From Phaeosaccion multiseriatum (lineage: Eukaryota; Protista; Ochrophyta, other classes): DNA of 64,000 nucleotides. The stretch is from NCBI GenBank assembly GCA_965112735.1, contig OZ218960.1:2232001-2296000 (forward strand), read 5' to 3'. This document shows positions 1 to 12,831 of this stretch, one piece after another. The notes under the pieces are model-generated. The model ran no database searches. It was not told the DNA's origin and worked only from the letters and a program-made list of their open reading frames with translations. Position 1 is the first letter of the stretch. Each line of letters begins with the position of its first letter. The position numbers and the translations under genes were made by a program.

Positions 1-2492
1 ACACCCATAGCAAACGTCTCAGTGGCAAAGAGGACCTTAACCAGTCCGCGGCTGAAAAGGATTTCCACCACTTCCTTCAAGATAGGAAGCAGCCCCCCGT
101 GGTGCACTCCCACGCCTCGCTTGAGCATCTCGCGTAAGCGCAGCACCTGAGGGAGTTTGGCGTCCCGCTCCTGCAGGCGTTTCACCGCGAAAGAGCAAAA
201 TTGGTGAATCTGTGCCTTCTCCGCCCCAGTGCTCAAGTCTGTGCTGGCCAGCGCATCAGCGCACTCCTCGCACTTTCTTTTGCTAAAGCTGAACACGACC
301 GCCGGCATCAAAGTCTTCTTCTTCAAATACCCCACCAAGCCCGTCCACTGCCCCCTGCTGCCGGCAACCTCTCTGCGATTCGCTGGCCTACTGTTACTGT
401 TGTTCTTTCCGCCGCCGCTGCCGCCGCCGCTGCTGCTGCTGCTGCTGCTCTTCCCCCCCTGCTTGTTATCGGCACTCTTGGGTGCCACGTTAGCGACTGC
501 AGCTCCGTGCCCTGAGGCTAGAAACCGCTTGCTTTGATCCATAACCTTGATGAGCTCGTTCCCTGCCCACAGGTGGTGCTGCAGGGGCACGGGGCGGTAG
601 TTGGTGGTGATGACGTGCACGGGCTTCATCTTGGTGCGTCCAATCCAGTCGCTAAACTCAATCGTGTTGGGCGTGGTTGCAGACAAGAAGATCATGTTGG
701 CGTGGTCCGGCAGCATGATGATGACCTCCTCCCACACCACGCCCCGCTCAGAGTCGTTGATGTAGTGCACCTACGAATGAATAACGGAGCACGGCCAGAC
801 GCAGCAGGTAGGGGGGTGTTAGAACGGTTTCTGCCTTCTCCCAAGGCTGCACTCACTCCGATACTGCACACGGACCTACCTCGTCGAATATTACCCACTC
901 GATGTCCCGCACGAGGTCTGCCCCCCTGTACAGCATGCTGCGAAGGATCTCGGTGGTCATGATAAGGCAGGACGCCTCGGGGTTGATGCTCACGTCTCCC
1001 GTAATGAGGCCCACGTCCCCGAACCGTGTCTTAAAGTCACGGTACTTCTGATTACTGCATAGAGGGAGGGTGGCGTGAATTAAATCACAACACAGGCTAA
1101 GGCCAGGAGCACCTCCACCCTTCCTCACCTGAGGGCCTTAATCGGACTCGTGTAAATGGCCCTCGTCATGTGTTGTGCCGCCATTGCGATCGCGTACTCG
1201 GCCACCACCGTCTTCCCGGCGGACGTGTGCGCAGCAACAAACACACACTCCTTGCGCTCTAAGCGTGCCACCGCCTGCTTTTGGAAGCCATCGAGCTCGA
1301 AGGGGTACGCAATGGCGGGGTTGGGGACTAGGGAAGCAAAGTCCGACACGTCCAGGGTGTCTGTGACCGCCCACGACGCTCGAGATTGAGGCGGGTCCTT
1401 GTGCATATTCAAGATGTGCTTGACGATAGCGGCCCTTCCTTCCATGCGGGGCTGCGCCTCGACGCGATGGCTCAACAAGTCTTTCACATCTTTCACACCT
1501 TGGCCGTCGCTCTCTGTCCGGTCGTCGTTGTCGTAGTCTGCTGGCGGTGGTGGTAGCGGTGCTACTGGTGCTGCTGTTGCTGCTGTTGCTGCTGTTGCTG
1601 CTGATGCTGCTGTTACTGTTGCTGCTACTGTTTCTGCTGCTGCTGCAGGCGGGGATGTCGGTGGAGGAATTGCGCCCTCACCTCTCTCTCTCGCAGGCGG
1701 CGGTACTCCTTGAAAGCTTGCCTCGGACTCCTCCACATGCGAGGGTGCGAGGCCCTGACTGAAAGTCACAACTGGAGGGACCGAAAGCAGATGCGAAGGT
1801 TCCACAGACCCAGACCCCACCACCACAAGGCTTGCGTCGATGGCGGACTGCGAAAGTCTGTCGTCGTCAAGCGCAGACGTGGCCGCGACATTATGTCCCT
1901 CCTTCCCCACACCTCCAGGCATAAAGGGCTTCATAGATCCCGTCTTCCCGCGAGTGTATGTGGATTTGGTGTCGCTGGGAGTCTCCAATGTAGTGACGCT
2001 GTAATTTTCCCTCCCCTCCTCCTCAGCAATTACGCTGGCTTCTTCGACGGTCCAGGCATCCTCCACATCCGCCTCGGCGCCTTGCCCCAAGATGAATGAG
2101 CCCCACCAGTCGTCACCCCTAACCCTCGGCCTCTGCACCAGAGTGGTCCTTGCTCCTGTAAAGGCTGAGCTGTACAGGGTTTGACTCGTACTACTCGGCC
2201 ACTGCTCGCTGCCACCTGTGTCTCTCGTCCCAAACGCACGCGCCAAAGCACCCCATGACAGATAGCCGTGCTCAAGATGAGACTGACTGGCTGCTCGCAT
2301 ACCGGGAAATGAGTCGACCGAGAAAGGGAGAGCTCCAAGCGGGCACGACGAAGGAGCACACGTCAACGCCACCTTGCCCACAATCCCAACAGAAGTGAGG
2401 CGGATCCCATCCTCAAGCAGCTCACAACCTAATGATTCTTCATCGGTTCTGCCGGCACTATCCAGCCCTTCGGCCTCAGCCAGGAGTTCCAT
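1..2492 (-). CDS. SKI2: SKI2-like DExH RNA helicase, 5' part; runs off the left edge; at least 2 introns (~772-879, ~1055-1128)
   Basis: Motifs [23 protein letters not shown]|[36 protein letters not shown]|VHY, and later [38 protein letters not shown]; N-terminal PFMPGG typical of SKI2 rather than MTR4. Confidence 0.93.
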
Positions 2493-3161
2493 TTTAAGTG
2501 TAAAGTGGTGTAAAAAAAGTGCGAAGGTTGGTTGTTCAATTTTTCTTTTTCTCTCGGAAGCTCGTCCTCCCCCCCCTCCTTCCCCAATAAAGCTGTCCCC
2601 CCCCCCCCTTCCTCCTCCTTACTACAGTAGCGACGTCACTTCTCGAGCCGCTCCCGCAAAATACAGGCTCCCAACCCCTCCGGCGGCCTGCCTGTGGGCT
2701 GCCTGGCTCCGCGAGCATCACAGATGGCCTGCTCAGGGTCGATCAGGATGCAGGTCAGGCTCCTCCGAGCTCCTCCCCTCCGTCGAACGAGGGGCCCCAG
2801 AGTGGAGGGGGGGGGGGCATAGAAACAGGGGCTCCGACAGAAGGAGAGCGCTACGTTGGAGGCGCGGCTTGGGGGGGAGGCTGGCGGCAGCTCAGCTATT
2901 GAGTATCAAGAAGCCAAAGTTTGTACCCCGCGTCGCCTGATGCTTCTTAAGCAGTAGGGCTACAGCGAGGCGTCTGCTCCCCAAAAGCTTTGGTGCGCTC
3001 GATATCCACGAGGGGGTCCCTCAGGCTACCCACACCTCTCTCACAATCAGCTGGGCGGGGGCCACGGGCTCTGCGCCAAACAAGTCGGGCGCACGAGAAA
3101 CAGCCTCAGGAGTAAGCCAGCAACCTAACTCTAACTCGCCGCATCTTGCCTCTCTCCTTCC

Positions 3162-3385
3162 TCAAAGGATTTTGTCAACCTCTTCCTCTTGCACCATCAT
3201 GTTGGGTATGCCGTGCTCAATGGCAAAGCGCCGCCCAGTCTCAGGGCACACGAGCTCTCCCGTAACAACGTGCACATCCATAATGCAGCGATGAAGCGCT
3301 TGCAGAAAGGACGTATCTGCCAGCAACTGAGGGGTCAGGCGTTCAGGCAGAGCGTCGGCGGGGATACCAACCTGGGTTTGGATGG

Positions 3386-3416
<31 letters not shown>

Positions 3417-3418
3417 GA

Positions 3419-3464
<46 letters not shown>

Positions 3465-3697
3465 TTAGCAGACGACCCCCTTGATAAGAGCAAGCTTCAA
3501 CCACAATCCTACCCACCCACCTGTCTCGCTGCGTCCTTTAGCACCGCCCAGTTTAGCTGGGGGGCGATGGACTGAATGAACTTTTCATTGAACTCCGTTT
3601 CTTGCTGCTGGACATCTTTGACGTCAATTCCGAGTGGATAGCCCTCAGTGGCCCCCTTAACTGCGCAGCGGAGAGAGTTGTGGGTCAAGAGACGCAT
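3162..3697 (-). CDS. TRM112: TRM112 methyltransferase activator, 2 exons (intron ~3372-3520 containing a CT/GA repeat)
   Basis: MRLLTHNSLRC...GYPL at the N-terminus; exon 2 encodes ELVCPETGRRFAIEHGIPNMM. Confidence 0.95.
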
Positions 3698-3876
3698 GAA
3701 TAAACGCGAACGAGAACTCCTCTGGTGAGGGATGCAAGGGTGTGTAGTTGTGATTTGTTTTCGTACCACCAACGAGGACACTACATACCACCAACGTGTC
3801 TTTTCACTTTTCATGCCCCCACTTCGCCCCTATAGATAGATCGGCATCAATACATCGCTCACAACCAGAACGAAAA

Positions 3877-5576
3877 ATGGTTGACAAGAGGCTCATTGTA
3901 ACATGTTCGGCTCCGACCAACATTGCAACCATCAAGTACTGGGGCAAGGCGGACACCAAGCTGAACACGCCCACCAATGTGAGCGCTTCGGTCACTCTCG
4001 ATCAGAATGACCTGCGGGCGGTCACCACTGTGGCGGCCAGCAAAGACTTCGAGCAGGACAGGCTGTGGCTAAATGGCAAGGAAGAGGACGTCAAGTCGAA
4101 CAAGCGCTTTCAGGCAGTGATTTCGCAAGTGAGGGCCCAGGCGCAAGACAAGATCGACGAAGCTACGGGGGATGTGGTCGTCTCGAAGGAGGGGTGGTGC
4201 GTAAACTTCCTGGAGTGACTCTGTGCTAACACTCTCCCCCAATTCCTAATACCCCTACCCCCCTCTAATGCTGACTCTCTTGAAACATTCAACAGGAAGG
4301 AGTTCAAAGTGCACATTGTCAGCCGCAACAACTTTCCCACAGCGGCTGGGCTTGCCTCATCCGCGGCTGGCCTCTGCTGCCTGACATTCGCTCTGGCGCA
4401 GCTATTTAACTTTAGCGAGTCGTTTCCTGGAGAGCTGACGGCGATTGCGCGGCAAGGGTCGGGAAGTGCTTGCCGGAGGTGAGAGAACACGCCCTTTGAG
4501 AACGCCTTGCACACATGTATATGCATATATATGTAGTGACACGAGATAAACTCCTTCCCCAACTCACAGTCTCTATGGCGGCTTTGTAAAGTGGCTCAAG
4601 GGCGGTAGTGCCGACGCCCATGACAGCATTGCAGTGCAGGTAGCGGATGAGCACCACTGGCCAGAGATCCGCGCAGTCATTATGGTCGTGTCGGATGCAA
4701 AGAAGGGCACCTCGTCCACCAGGTAGGCGGGTGTAGTGTGTTGACGAGTGTTTTGTCGTCGTTGGAGAGCCGCTTTCTATCCCTGTCTCCTCAGTGAGGA
4801 GGGGGGGGGGCTCTGGGGGGCGTTGATTTGTTTCTCACTCCATAAGTCTCTTACGTACTTCCCCCGCCCCCATTTTCTGTGATGTAAAGTGGAATGGGCA
4901 CAAGTGTGGCCACGTCCAGTCTGCTGGACTTCCGAGCGCGGCAAGTTGTGGAGGCGCGCATGGCAGAGCAGGAAAAGGCGTATCTGGAGCGGGATTTTGA
5001 GAGCTTCGGTCGGATCACCATGCAGGAGAGCAATCAGCTCCACGCCATCTGCCTGGACACTTACCCGCCCATCTTCTACATGAACGATGTGTCCCGGGCT
5101 ATTGTGCGCCTGGTGCACGCCTACAATGAGTTCCACGGGGAGGTCCGGGCGGCGTACACCTTTGACGCAGGCCCGAATGCCGTCATATACACACTGGCGC
5201 CATACGAGACGGAGGTCACAGCACTTATGCTGACCTTCTTTCCCTCCACTGGCAGGTGCGGGCAAGAGAGGTATAGAAAGTCTTGTACCATTTCGAAAGC
5301 GAATCTCAACTCTGCTGCTGTTGTTGTGCCCCCCTCCCCCCCGCCATGTGTGTTTGATCCAGTGGATACACGAACAACGAGGACGCAGTGGCCAAGGCAC
5401 TGGCCAGCCCGCCTTCCGAGCAGCTGCTAGAGGCGTGCCGAGAAAAGGGCGCGAGTACTGCATCGGCAGGGGTGGTGAAGATGATGTACGTTACCAGAGG
5501 GGGCGGAGGGCCGCGTGTACTGGAGCAGGATCAGTGCCTCATGGACGAGGCTGGCCAGCCGCTCTACCTGGCTTAA
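3877..5576 (+). CDS. MVD: Diphosphomevalonate decarboxylase, about 5 exons
   Basis: [72 protein letters not shown]. Confidence 0.96.
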
Positions 5577-5603
5577 GACTGGGGCACAAATGGTTAAATC
5601 AGA

Positions 5604-7412
5604 TCAGGAAATGGCCGGGAGTATGGGCGGCCGAGGCTGCATTGCGGGGCGCGGCTGTTTGCATGTCTTCTCTGCTTTCTTCCCGCTACCATGCCGCTTC
5701 TCCCCCTTCGCGGTAATCTCTGACATCCTGATGCCGTCCACATCAAAGCGGCCCAGAAGCAGCCGCGCCTCGCTTGAGTCGGGGTCCAGTTGGAAAGCAC
5801 GCGAAAAGTCTCTGAGCGCCGAGCTGATATCCCCCAAGAGATACGATGCCCTTCCGTGAGCGCAAAAGTACGTGGACACTTGCCAGTAATCAATGGCATC
5901 ACTGAACGCGATTCGTGCCTCGTAGATGCGGCCCTTGTTGAAGAGCTCTGAGCCAGCCAAGTAGCGCACAATGGAGGCACGTGTTCTGACTTCCCATCTG
6001 TTGTCGTTTGGCTTGAGTGCCAACATGGCCCTGTTGTAGTCCATCATGGCGCTCTCCAAATCCCACATTGCCCTGAAACAGTCCCCCCTGTTTAGATAGT
6101 AGCGGTAGTCTGCCTCCGAATGAATCTTGTCAAGGTCAATCACTCTGTCCAATAGTGCAATCGCTTGGACGTACTCGCCTTTGCCCACATGGTCCAAGGC
6201 CATGTCGTTGTATAGGAGCTTGCGCATCTGAGCCAAGTGCTGAGGCTCCTTCCACCCCCCTATCCCGTCAGTGTCATTATGGGGCTCTAATTCCTTTCCC
6301 CTAGCTCCAATCCAGGTCTGCTGCAACACCACACGAAAGGCCTCCTCAGACAAGTGAGGCTTCTTTCCCCGCCCCCGCGCCCCGCCCTCGCCCTCCTCCC
6401 CTTCCCCCCCCTCGTTCTCCTCCTCCCCTTCTTGCTCTTCCTTACCCTTCTCTTCGCCACTTCTTTCTTCCTGCTGCTGCTGCTGCAGCTCGCTCCGAAT
6501 CATGGTCCCAAACAGTGCGCTGAAATGAAGGAAGGACGCCTCGTCTAAATCGGCGATGGCCTCTGAGTATTGCTTCCTCCTTCTCTTGCACGTGGCGCTC
6601 AGAAACTGGAGCTTGGCATCCCTCGGCGTGAGCTTGATTGCCCGTCCGAGCAACCGCATCGCTCCATCAAGGTTCTTTGCCTCGATACACGCTTTGGCCC
6701 CATTATACAGCTTCTCGGCCTCCCGAATAAGCGTCAGCTGGCGAATCAATACTTCTGGGTGATGCGGATCGAGCACTTCCGCTGCGTTCACATCAGCAAT
6801 CACCTCGTCATTGCTGTGCTGGCCTGATGCAGCCAAAATTTTGGCCCTAAGAACATGGTCATGTGCCTGAGGTGGCGAGCGCATCAAAATCACCTTATTG
6901 ATAGCGTCGAGAGCCACAGCAAAGCGCTTCATCAAGACAGCAACCACCGCGCGATTCATTTGGAACTCCCACCGTCCTGCATCTAGCGCTACAGAGTCTT
7001 CAAGGAAGCCCAGCGCCGCCTCAAGGTTCCCCTGGTCCGCCCACATCATCCCCACAGTCTGCAAGTAAGAGGCCACCCGTCTAGCCAAATCCTTGTCTTG
7101 GTCGTTAATCTTGAGCACGACGTTTAGAGTGGAGATGGTAGACCTGATGTCCACGAGTCGGAGGTGGATGTCTGCCAGAGAGACGAGGTAGCGCGGCTCA
7201 TTCGGCACGAGGTAGATGGCTTTCTTCAGCGACTCTGCAGCCTCCTGCAGCATGGTCCTCGTGAGGCCCGGTCGCCGCAGAAGCCGAAGAACCGCATAAT
7301 GAGACTCTGCAGGACTCGTGCTCGAGGTTCCCACCTGGGCGGTGAGTGTCATAGTGGCTTTTGATCGGCTTTTGCTTACTTTATTTAGAATCGCGAAAAC
7401 CTGAAACGGCAT
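5604..7412 (-). CDS. Intronless TPR-repeat protein, ~600 aa (start may be the Met at 7352)
   Basis: 602-aa ORF with several TPR-like helix pairs (YYLNRGDCF, AHGRASYLLGDISSALRDFSRAFQLDP). Confidence 0.8.
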   Translation of the reverse strand: MPFQVFAILNKVSKSRSKATMTLTAQVGTSSTSPAESHYAVLRLLRRPGLTRTMLQEAAESLKKAIYLVPNEPRYLVSLADIHLRLVDIRSTISTLNVVLKINDQDKDLARRVASYLQTVGMMWADQGNLEAALGFLEDSVALDAGRWEFQMNRAVVAVLMKRFAVALDAINKVILMRSPPQAHDHVLRAKILAASGQHSNDEVIADVNAAEVLDPHHPEVLIRQLTLIREAEKLYNGAKACIEAKNLDGAMRLLGRAIKLTPRDAKLQFLSATCKRRRKQYSEAIADLDEASFLHFSALFGTMIRSELQQQQQEERSGEEKGKEEQEGEEENEGGEGEEGEGGARGRGKKPHLSEEAFRVVLQQTWIGARGKELEPHNDTDGIGGWKEPQHLAQMRKLLYNDMALDHVGKGEYVQAIALLDRVIDLDKIHSEADYRYYLNRGDCFRAMWDLESAMMDYNRAMLALKPNDNRWEVRTRASIVRYLAGSELFNKGRIYEARIAFSDAIDYWQVSTYFCAHGRASYLLGDISSALRDFSRAFQLDPDSSEARLLLGRFDVDGIRMSEITAKGEKRHGSGKKAEKTCKQPRPAMQPRPPILPAIS

Positions 7413-7512
7413 TCAATAGCCTCGCGTGTTGGTGCTCCGTGGGGGGCGGGTGTTGTTTGAGCGGTGTTGAGCGGCCGATAATACCCGCCCCCTTCCCTCT
7501 CCCAACCACTCA

Positions 7513-8991
7513 ATGAGTGCCTTTATTGCTCCGCCGAGTTGTCTGCAGTGTCGACCACTCCTCGAAGAACTGCTGTACCGCAAAAGCAACATCAGAGTGC
7601 AAATCCCCGGGGCTCCTTGCGGTGCTTTGAGGGCCACACCATCATCAGCTCTGTCAGGAGCCAGACAGAGACAGGGCGGGGTGGTGTCGAGCTCAGGTCC
7701 TCGTCGCTCCTTGCGGGCTGCATCAAGCACTGGCAAGAGCACTCTCCGGGGGCTGATTCGAGAAGCCGGGGCCAAGGGCGACTGGCAGCGCGTGGTGGAG
7801 GTGCTCGAGACGAACAACCCTGACGCTGTGCTCGTTGCTAATCTAGCTCTTGGGGTGCTCTCCAATGCCGGGAGGTGGAAAGAGACTTTGCGAATGCTGT
7901 CCCAAATGCAGAGCAAATGGGGGCTGCGGCCTGACGTGTTTAGCTTCAACACGGCCATTTCGGCTTGTGGAAAGGCGCGCCAGGGGCAAGAGGCGGAGCG
8001 ACTTTTGCAAGACATGAGGGCGGGGAACGATGGAGCTCCGGTGCCCAACATGATAAGCTTCAACAGGATTATAAATATCCGCGCGAAGAGAGGGTGCTGG
8101 CAGGGTGCGCTTGACCTCATTGTTGAGGCCCGGGAACGCGGTCTGCGGCCAGATGTGTTTTCTTATAGCTCCGCCATTGCCGCTTGTGACAGGGCGGGCG
8201 AGTGGGAGCGCGCTGTGAATATTTTGGACGAAATGAAGCAGGCTGGCATCCGCCCAAACGTCGTGTCCTTCGGGAGCGCTCTCAGCGCCTGCGGTCGAGC
8301 CGGGCAGTGGAAGTGCGCCTTGGCGCTCCTCCAAGACATGAAGACGATGGACATTTCCCCCAATGCCATAAGCTACAGCTCGGCCATCAAGGCCTGTATG
8401 ACTGGGCATCAGGCAGATCTAGGCTTTGCTCTTTTGAAGGAGATGGGGGACAAGCGTGTTGCTCCAGACGCCGCTGTGTACACGACTGCAATGCGCTTTT
8501 GCGGGCAGAGCAAGTATGCAGGAGGCCCGAACGGCTGGAAGGTCCCCATCGCCTTGCTGCGTATCATGAAGAGGCAGGGTGTCGCCCCGGATCTTGTGGC
8601 CTACAACTCAGCGCTGCACGCACTGGCCGTAGAAGGACGAACCGACCTCTGCAACACGCTCCTCAGGGAGTTGCGACAAGACGGCCTCGACCCCGACGTC
8701 ATCACCTTCAACACCATCATGGCCTCGTTCGTGCCGAACAGCGATTGGAGAGCGGCAGTCGAGTTGCTGCAGGACATGGATGTGGAGGGGGTGCCCCCAA
8801 ACGTCATTAGCTACTCTACCGCTATACGAGCCTGCGCGTCGGTGGGGGGGAGTGGGAGCAGCTTTGATGCCGCCTTCCGGCTTCTCGACCAGATGTGGGC
8901 AAAGGTCCGTGCTCTCACTCCACCAAACGCGCAAATGCCATTGCCCGATCATATCCCCCCCTCACTTTCTCCCCTGGTCATTTGATTGTGC

Positions 8992-9024
<33 letters not shown>

Positions 9025-9807
9025 GCACACGCACACGCACACGCACACACACGCAGCAAGTGATGCCCAACGAGGTGACCTACCGAGAAGTGATTCGCGC
9101 GTGTGGCCTGGCCGGAGAGTGGGAGCTTGTGTCGGGGCTGCTTGACGATATGGTTGCTGAGGGCATCCCTGTGAGCCAACACACATTCCACGCAGCCATG
9201 ACAGCGTGCGCCCGTAGCGGCAAGTGGCGAGAGGCTCTTGTGCTGCGCCATCGCATGTCTGCGGCGGGTCTGCAACTCGATCAGTACACTTTCCAGGCAC
9301 TCATCGAGGCCTGCGACAACAGCGGAGACTGGGAAAGAGCCTTGTATTTCTTCCACGAAATGTGAGTCAGGCGTTTGTTTCTGAGACCACAGCATGCCTT
9401 CTAACATTTGCAATCAATGATTCACTCACAGGACGACCATCGAAGGAGTTCAGCCCAACAGCTTTGTGTTCTACACATTCGTTCGCTGCTTGGCACGAGC
9501 GGGTGAGTGGGCCCGTACCTGGGATGCCATCGAGACGATGCACAAAGACGGCATTGAACTCGACCACGCGACTCGCAGCATCGCAGTCGTCGCTTTGACT
9601 CAGCTGGGAAGGTGGGGAGAGGCAGTGACCGTGCTGGAAGAATCGCCACACCCCGTCAACTCCAGAGCAGAGAAGGTGCTGGTGGATGCGTTGCAAGCGG
9701 AGGGTCAGGAAGCTCTCGTTTCACGCTTACAGAGCAGCGACAAGCTTCGCAGTAGCAGCAGCAGCAGCAGCAGCGAAAGACACGAGGCGGTAAGCGACAA
9801 CACTTGA
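7513..9807 (+). CDS. P-type pentatricopeptide repeat protein, 3 exons
   Basis: More than 10 35-aa PPR units (PDVFSFNTAISAC, PNVVSFGSALSAC, PDVITFNTIM); introns ~8905-9056 and ~9362-9431. Confidence 0.92.
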
Positions 9808-9811
9808 ATGC

Positions 9812-12332
9812 TTAGTATATTTCGTTGGTCAGCTTCTGATACAGATCATACTGCTGCGTGGTCCAGCTGTTGGCGCTGCTGTCGATGAGAGACAGAATTT
9901 CTTCGTCCGTCTTGGGAAGCTCCATCCGTCTTCGGAGCAGCTCCACCTGCCACAGCGCGCGCTTGTCGTTGGGGGGCACGAGTGTGAGCACGAGGGCCAC
10001 TACCTCATCAATGTGCTTTTGCACCGCCTTGAAGCCCCCTAGAAACAGCTCTCTAAACCTCCACCAGTTGCCCCCCCCCAGACCTCCCATCACGTCCAGG
10101 TAGTCTTGTGTGAGCTTGAAGGGTGCCGTCTCATGCTTCCACATGCCGGGGTTGGTGCCCAGAATGAAGCCAAAGTCAATGTGAATGATGTGCCCCCGGT
10201 TGTCTAGCAGAATGTTTCCATTGTGCCTGTCCTTGACCTGCAGCATGTACGTAATGATGCTGTACCCTGCCAGACTGCGAACAAAGTTCTCAGTGGCCCT
10301 GCTGTACAGCTCCGAGCCCTTGCCCATGTAGAGTCGCTCGAAGAAGTCTCCCAGGGTCAAGTAGTTGGGTGTCGTTTTCTTCACGTGATCGACGGACTGA
10401 GCATTGGGACGGGATATAGGGGTGTTGCCGAGGGTGCATGACAATCAGAATACGATGGAGGTAGAGGAAGGAAACACTTCTCTTCTCTTCTCTTCCCCCC
10501 CCCCCCCCATGCTGACGAGCCACCCTACCCTACACCATCCCACCCGACGCGCGACAGGACTTGCCTTTGCGTCCTTGATGCACTCCACCAGGCCAGCGCT
10601 CTCGCCGGCGCACACGATGGAGTACGGCCGCAGCCACAGGTGCTGCCCTTCTCTGCGGAAGATGCTCTCGGTGAGGGAAATGACCTGCATGGCCAGCGCC
10701 TCCTGTCTGATGTCGTCTCCGGCCTTGACTATGAAGCTGGCCATCTTCCACCCCCTGAGGTGGCCGAAGGGGCTCGCCTCCCGGAACACTTTTTCGCGCA
10801 GCCCCCCAAAGTCCCCAAACACCTGTGTGAGGATGATGCGCATGCGCTGGATGTGGGGCGGGTTCTTGCTATTGCCCATGGAGAGCTCCTGCCACGCTCT
10901 CTCGAACACGGCCTTGTCGTGCTCCTCCTCCTCTGCATCTGCAACATTCTGACCACCTCCGCCTCCCGCCGAGCTTGTCGCAGAAAGCCAATCTTCGTCG
11001 CCCCCCTGGTTTGAGTTCGCCAAGTCCTCCAGTAGTCGCCGTGGCGTGATGCGCCCCGCTACGACATCTTGGCACGTCACGCCAATGTCCGATCCCTGAA
11101 CATAGACCCTGTCCGACTGGAAGGGTATGTTGGTTTGTAAGCCCTCTATAACTATAAGAAAGGGGGCCTTTTCCCGACTGGGCAGCACTGTGCACAGCTC
11201 CTTGGCGATGCGCAGCACCCTCGTTACGTAGGTGCCCTCAATGTCGTTGGAGAAGCGCAGCGGCAGGTGGAGCGCGTAGTGTGCCGCCTCTGGACACTCG
11301 CTGGCCACGTGCTGCTCGTCCAGCCACTCACCCCCCCCCAAGCCCCCCAGCACCTCAAACGCCTTGCCGTGCGTGTGCATTCTCCGCAGCAGCATTTTGT
11401 TCAGGTCTGCCAGCTCCAGCTGCATCTCTGAGCTGCGAAACCTCTTGGGCAAGGCTTGCATCCGAAAGCTCAGCATCACCAAGCGGTCTATGAATCGCAT
11501 ACTGTCCTGGTAATAGCGTGTCCTCCGTCTCCGCAGCTGAGTGGGCATGTTATTTCCGTGCTGGGTAGCCATTTCAAAGTCTGCTAGCCAGGAGTGCGCC
11601 TGAATCCGACCCGCTCGAGAGGCCGACTCGCCTTGGGAAGATTGGTCACGATCCGCTGATTTCGTGGTTGATTTTGTTGGAACGTCCAAAACAAAGCACC
11701 AAACTCTTGACGTGAGAAACGCAAGTCTCCTGGCTTGTGGGGGGGAGCAAACATGTACACTACCCACCAAACCAACTACTGCGCTACACACCTGACGCTG
11801 CCCGAAGTTGCCATATTAAATGCATACCCACGTCGTGATTCGCTCTACAGCGCGCCTGCAGGAAGGAGCCTAAATTGCTGCTCACTGGCGTCGTGACGCG
11901 CTCCTCTCGAGAGGGTAAGTCCCGCCGCAGGAGCACCGACACGAGTTGGGGCAGGAAGAAGTGCACGTCATTGTCCGTAAACTGGAGCATCACCTCCGCC
12001 ATGTGCTGTTTCCAAAACGGCACATCTTCGTCCGGTACGCCCCTTCGGCTGTGCTGCTCAAGAACGTCAAGAGCGAGCGAGCAAAAGGAGAACAAGGAGG
12101 CAGTGGGTCTTGTGTCAACACATGTTTGTGTGTGTTGGAACGCACAGCCTAACCACAAACTCACCGCCATCTTCCCCCCCAAGTCGTCCAAGGACAGCTG
12201 CAAAGAGAGCCATAGTGTGAGCCAGTAGGTAATGGCCTCACCCCCGAAGCCCACCATGGGGCGCGGCAAACGATGATGTGCAAGTTGAGAATGCCGGATG
12301 GCACTCTGCGGCCCCTTCCCCCGCCCCCGCAT
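9812..12332 (-). CDS. Phosphatidylinositol 4-kinase (type III beta-like), about 4 exons; start at 12332 or 12257
   Basis: FFLPQLV helical domain, LPSREKAPF, IVKAGDDIRQEALAMQ, QVKDRHNGNILL, HIDFGF. Confidence 0.92.
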
Positions 12333-12467
12333 ACAACAATTGGCGGTATCGTTGCTGGATAGATCAACCCTTTGTAGTAAAGCCCCATTGCGTAGGAAAT
12401 TGCGAATTGCGAATGGGCTCCTTGCAACGCTCCTCGGCTCTAACGCCGACCCACTGAGCTTGGGACG

Positions 12468-12717
12468 ATGGGGTGTGGGCAGTCATCTCAAGACGTGGAG
12501 GCGTACAAGCGGAACAAAGAGCTGAATCAGCTCCTCGTCAATGATGAGGAAGCTGAGCGGAGGACTGTCAAGCTGCTTCTTCTTGGCCCGGGCGAGGGAG
12601 GGAAGTCTACAATCTTTCGGCAGATGAAGGTTCGTGGCTTCGTCAACCCAAGACGAGACAGGGCTCTTGGAACAAGCTCTCCCCTATATGAGCCTGACCT
12701 ATGTCCCTCTTTATCTG

Positions 12718-12785
<68 letters not shown>

Positions 12786-12786
12786 C

Positions 12787-12831
<45 letters not shown>

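Noticed and set aside
2540-3120. GC-rich intergenic region with weak RNase MRP/P-like words
   Set aside because: Conserved-region motifs do not match properly; a covariance-model search would be needed
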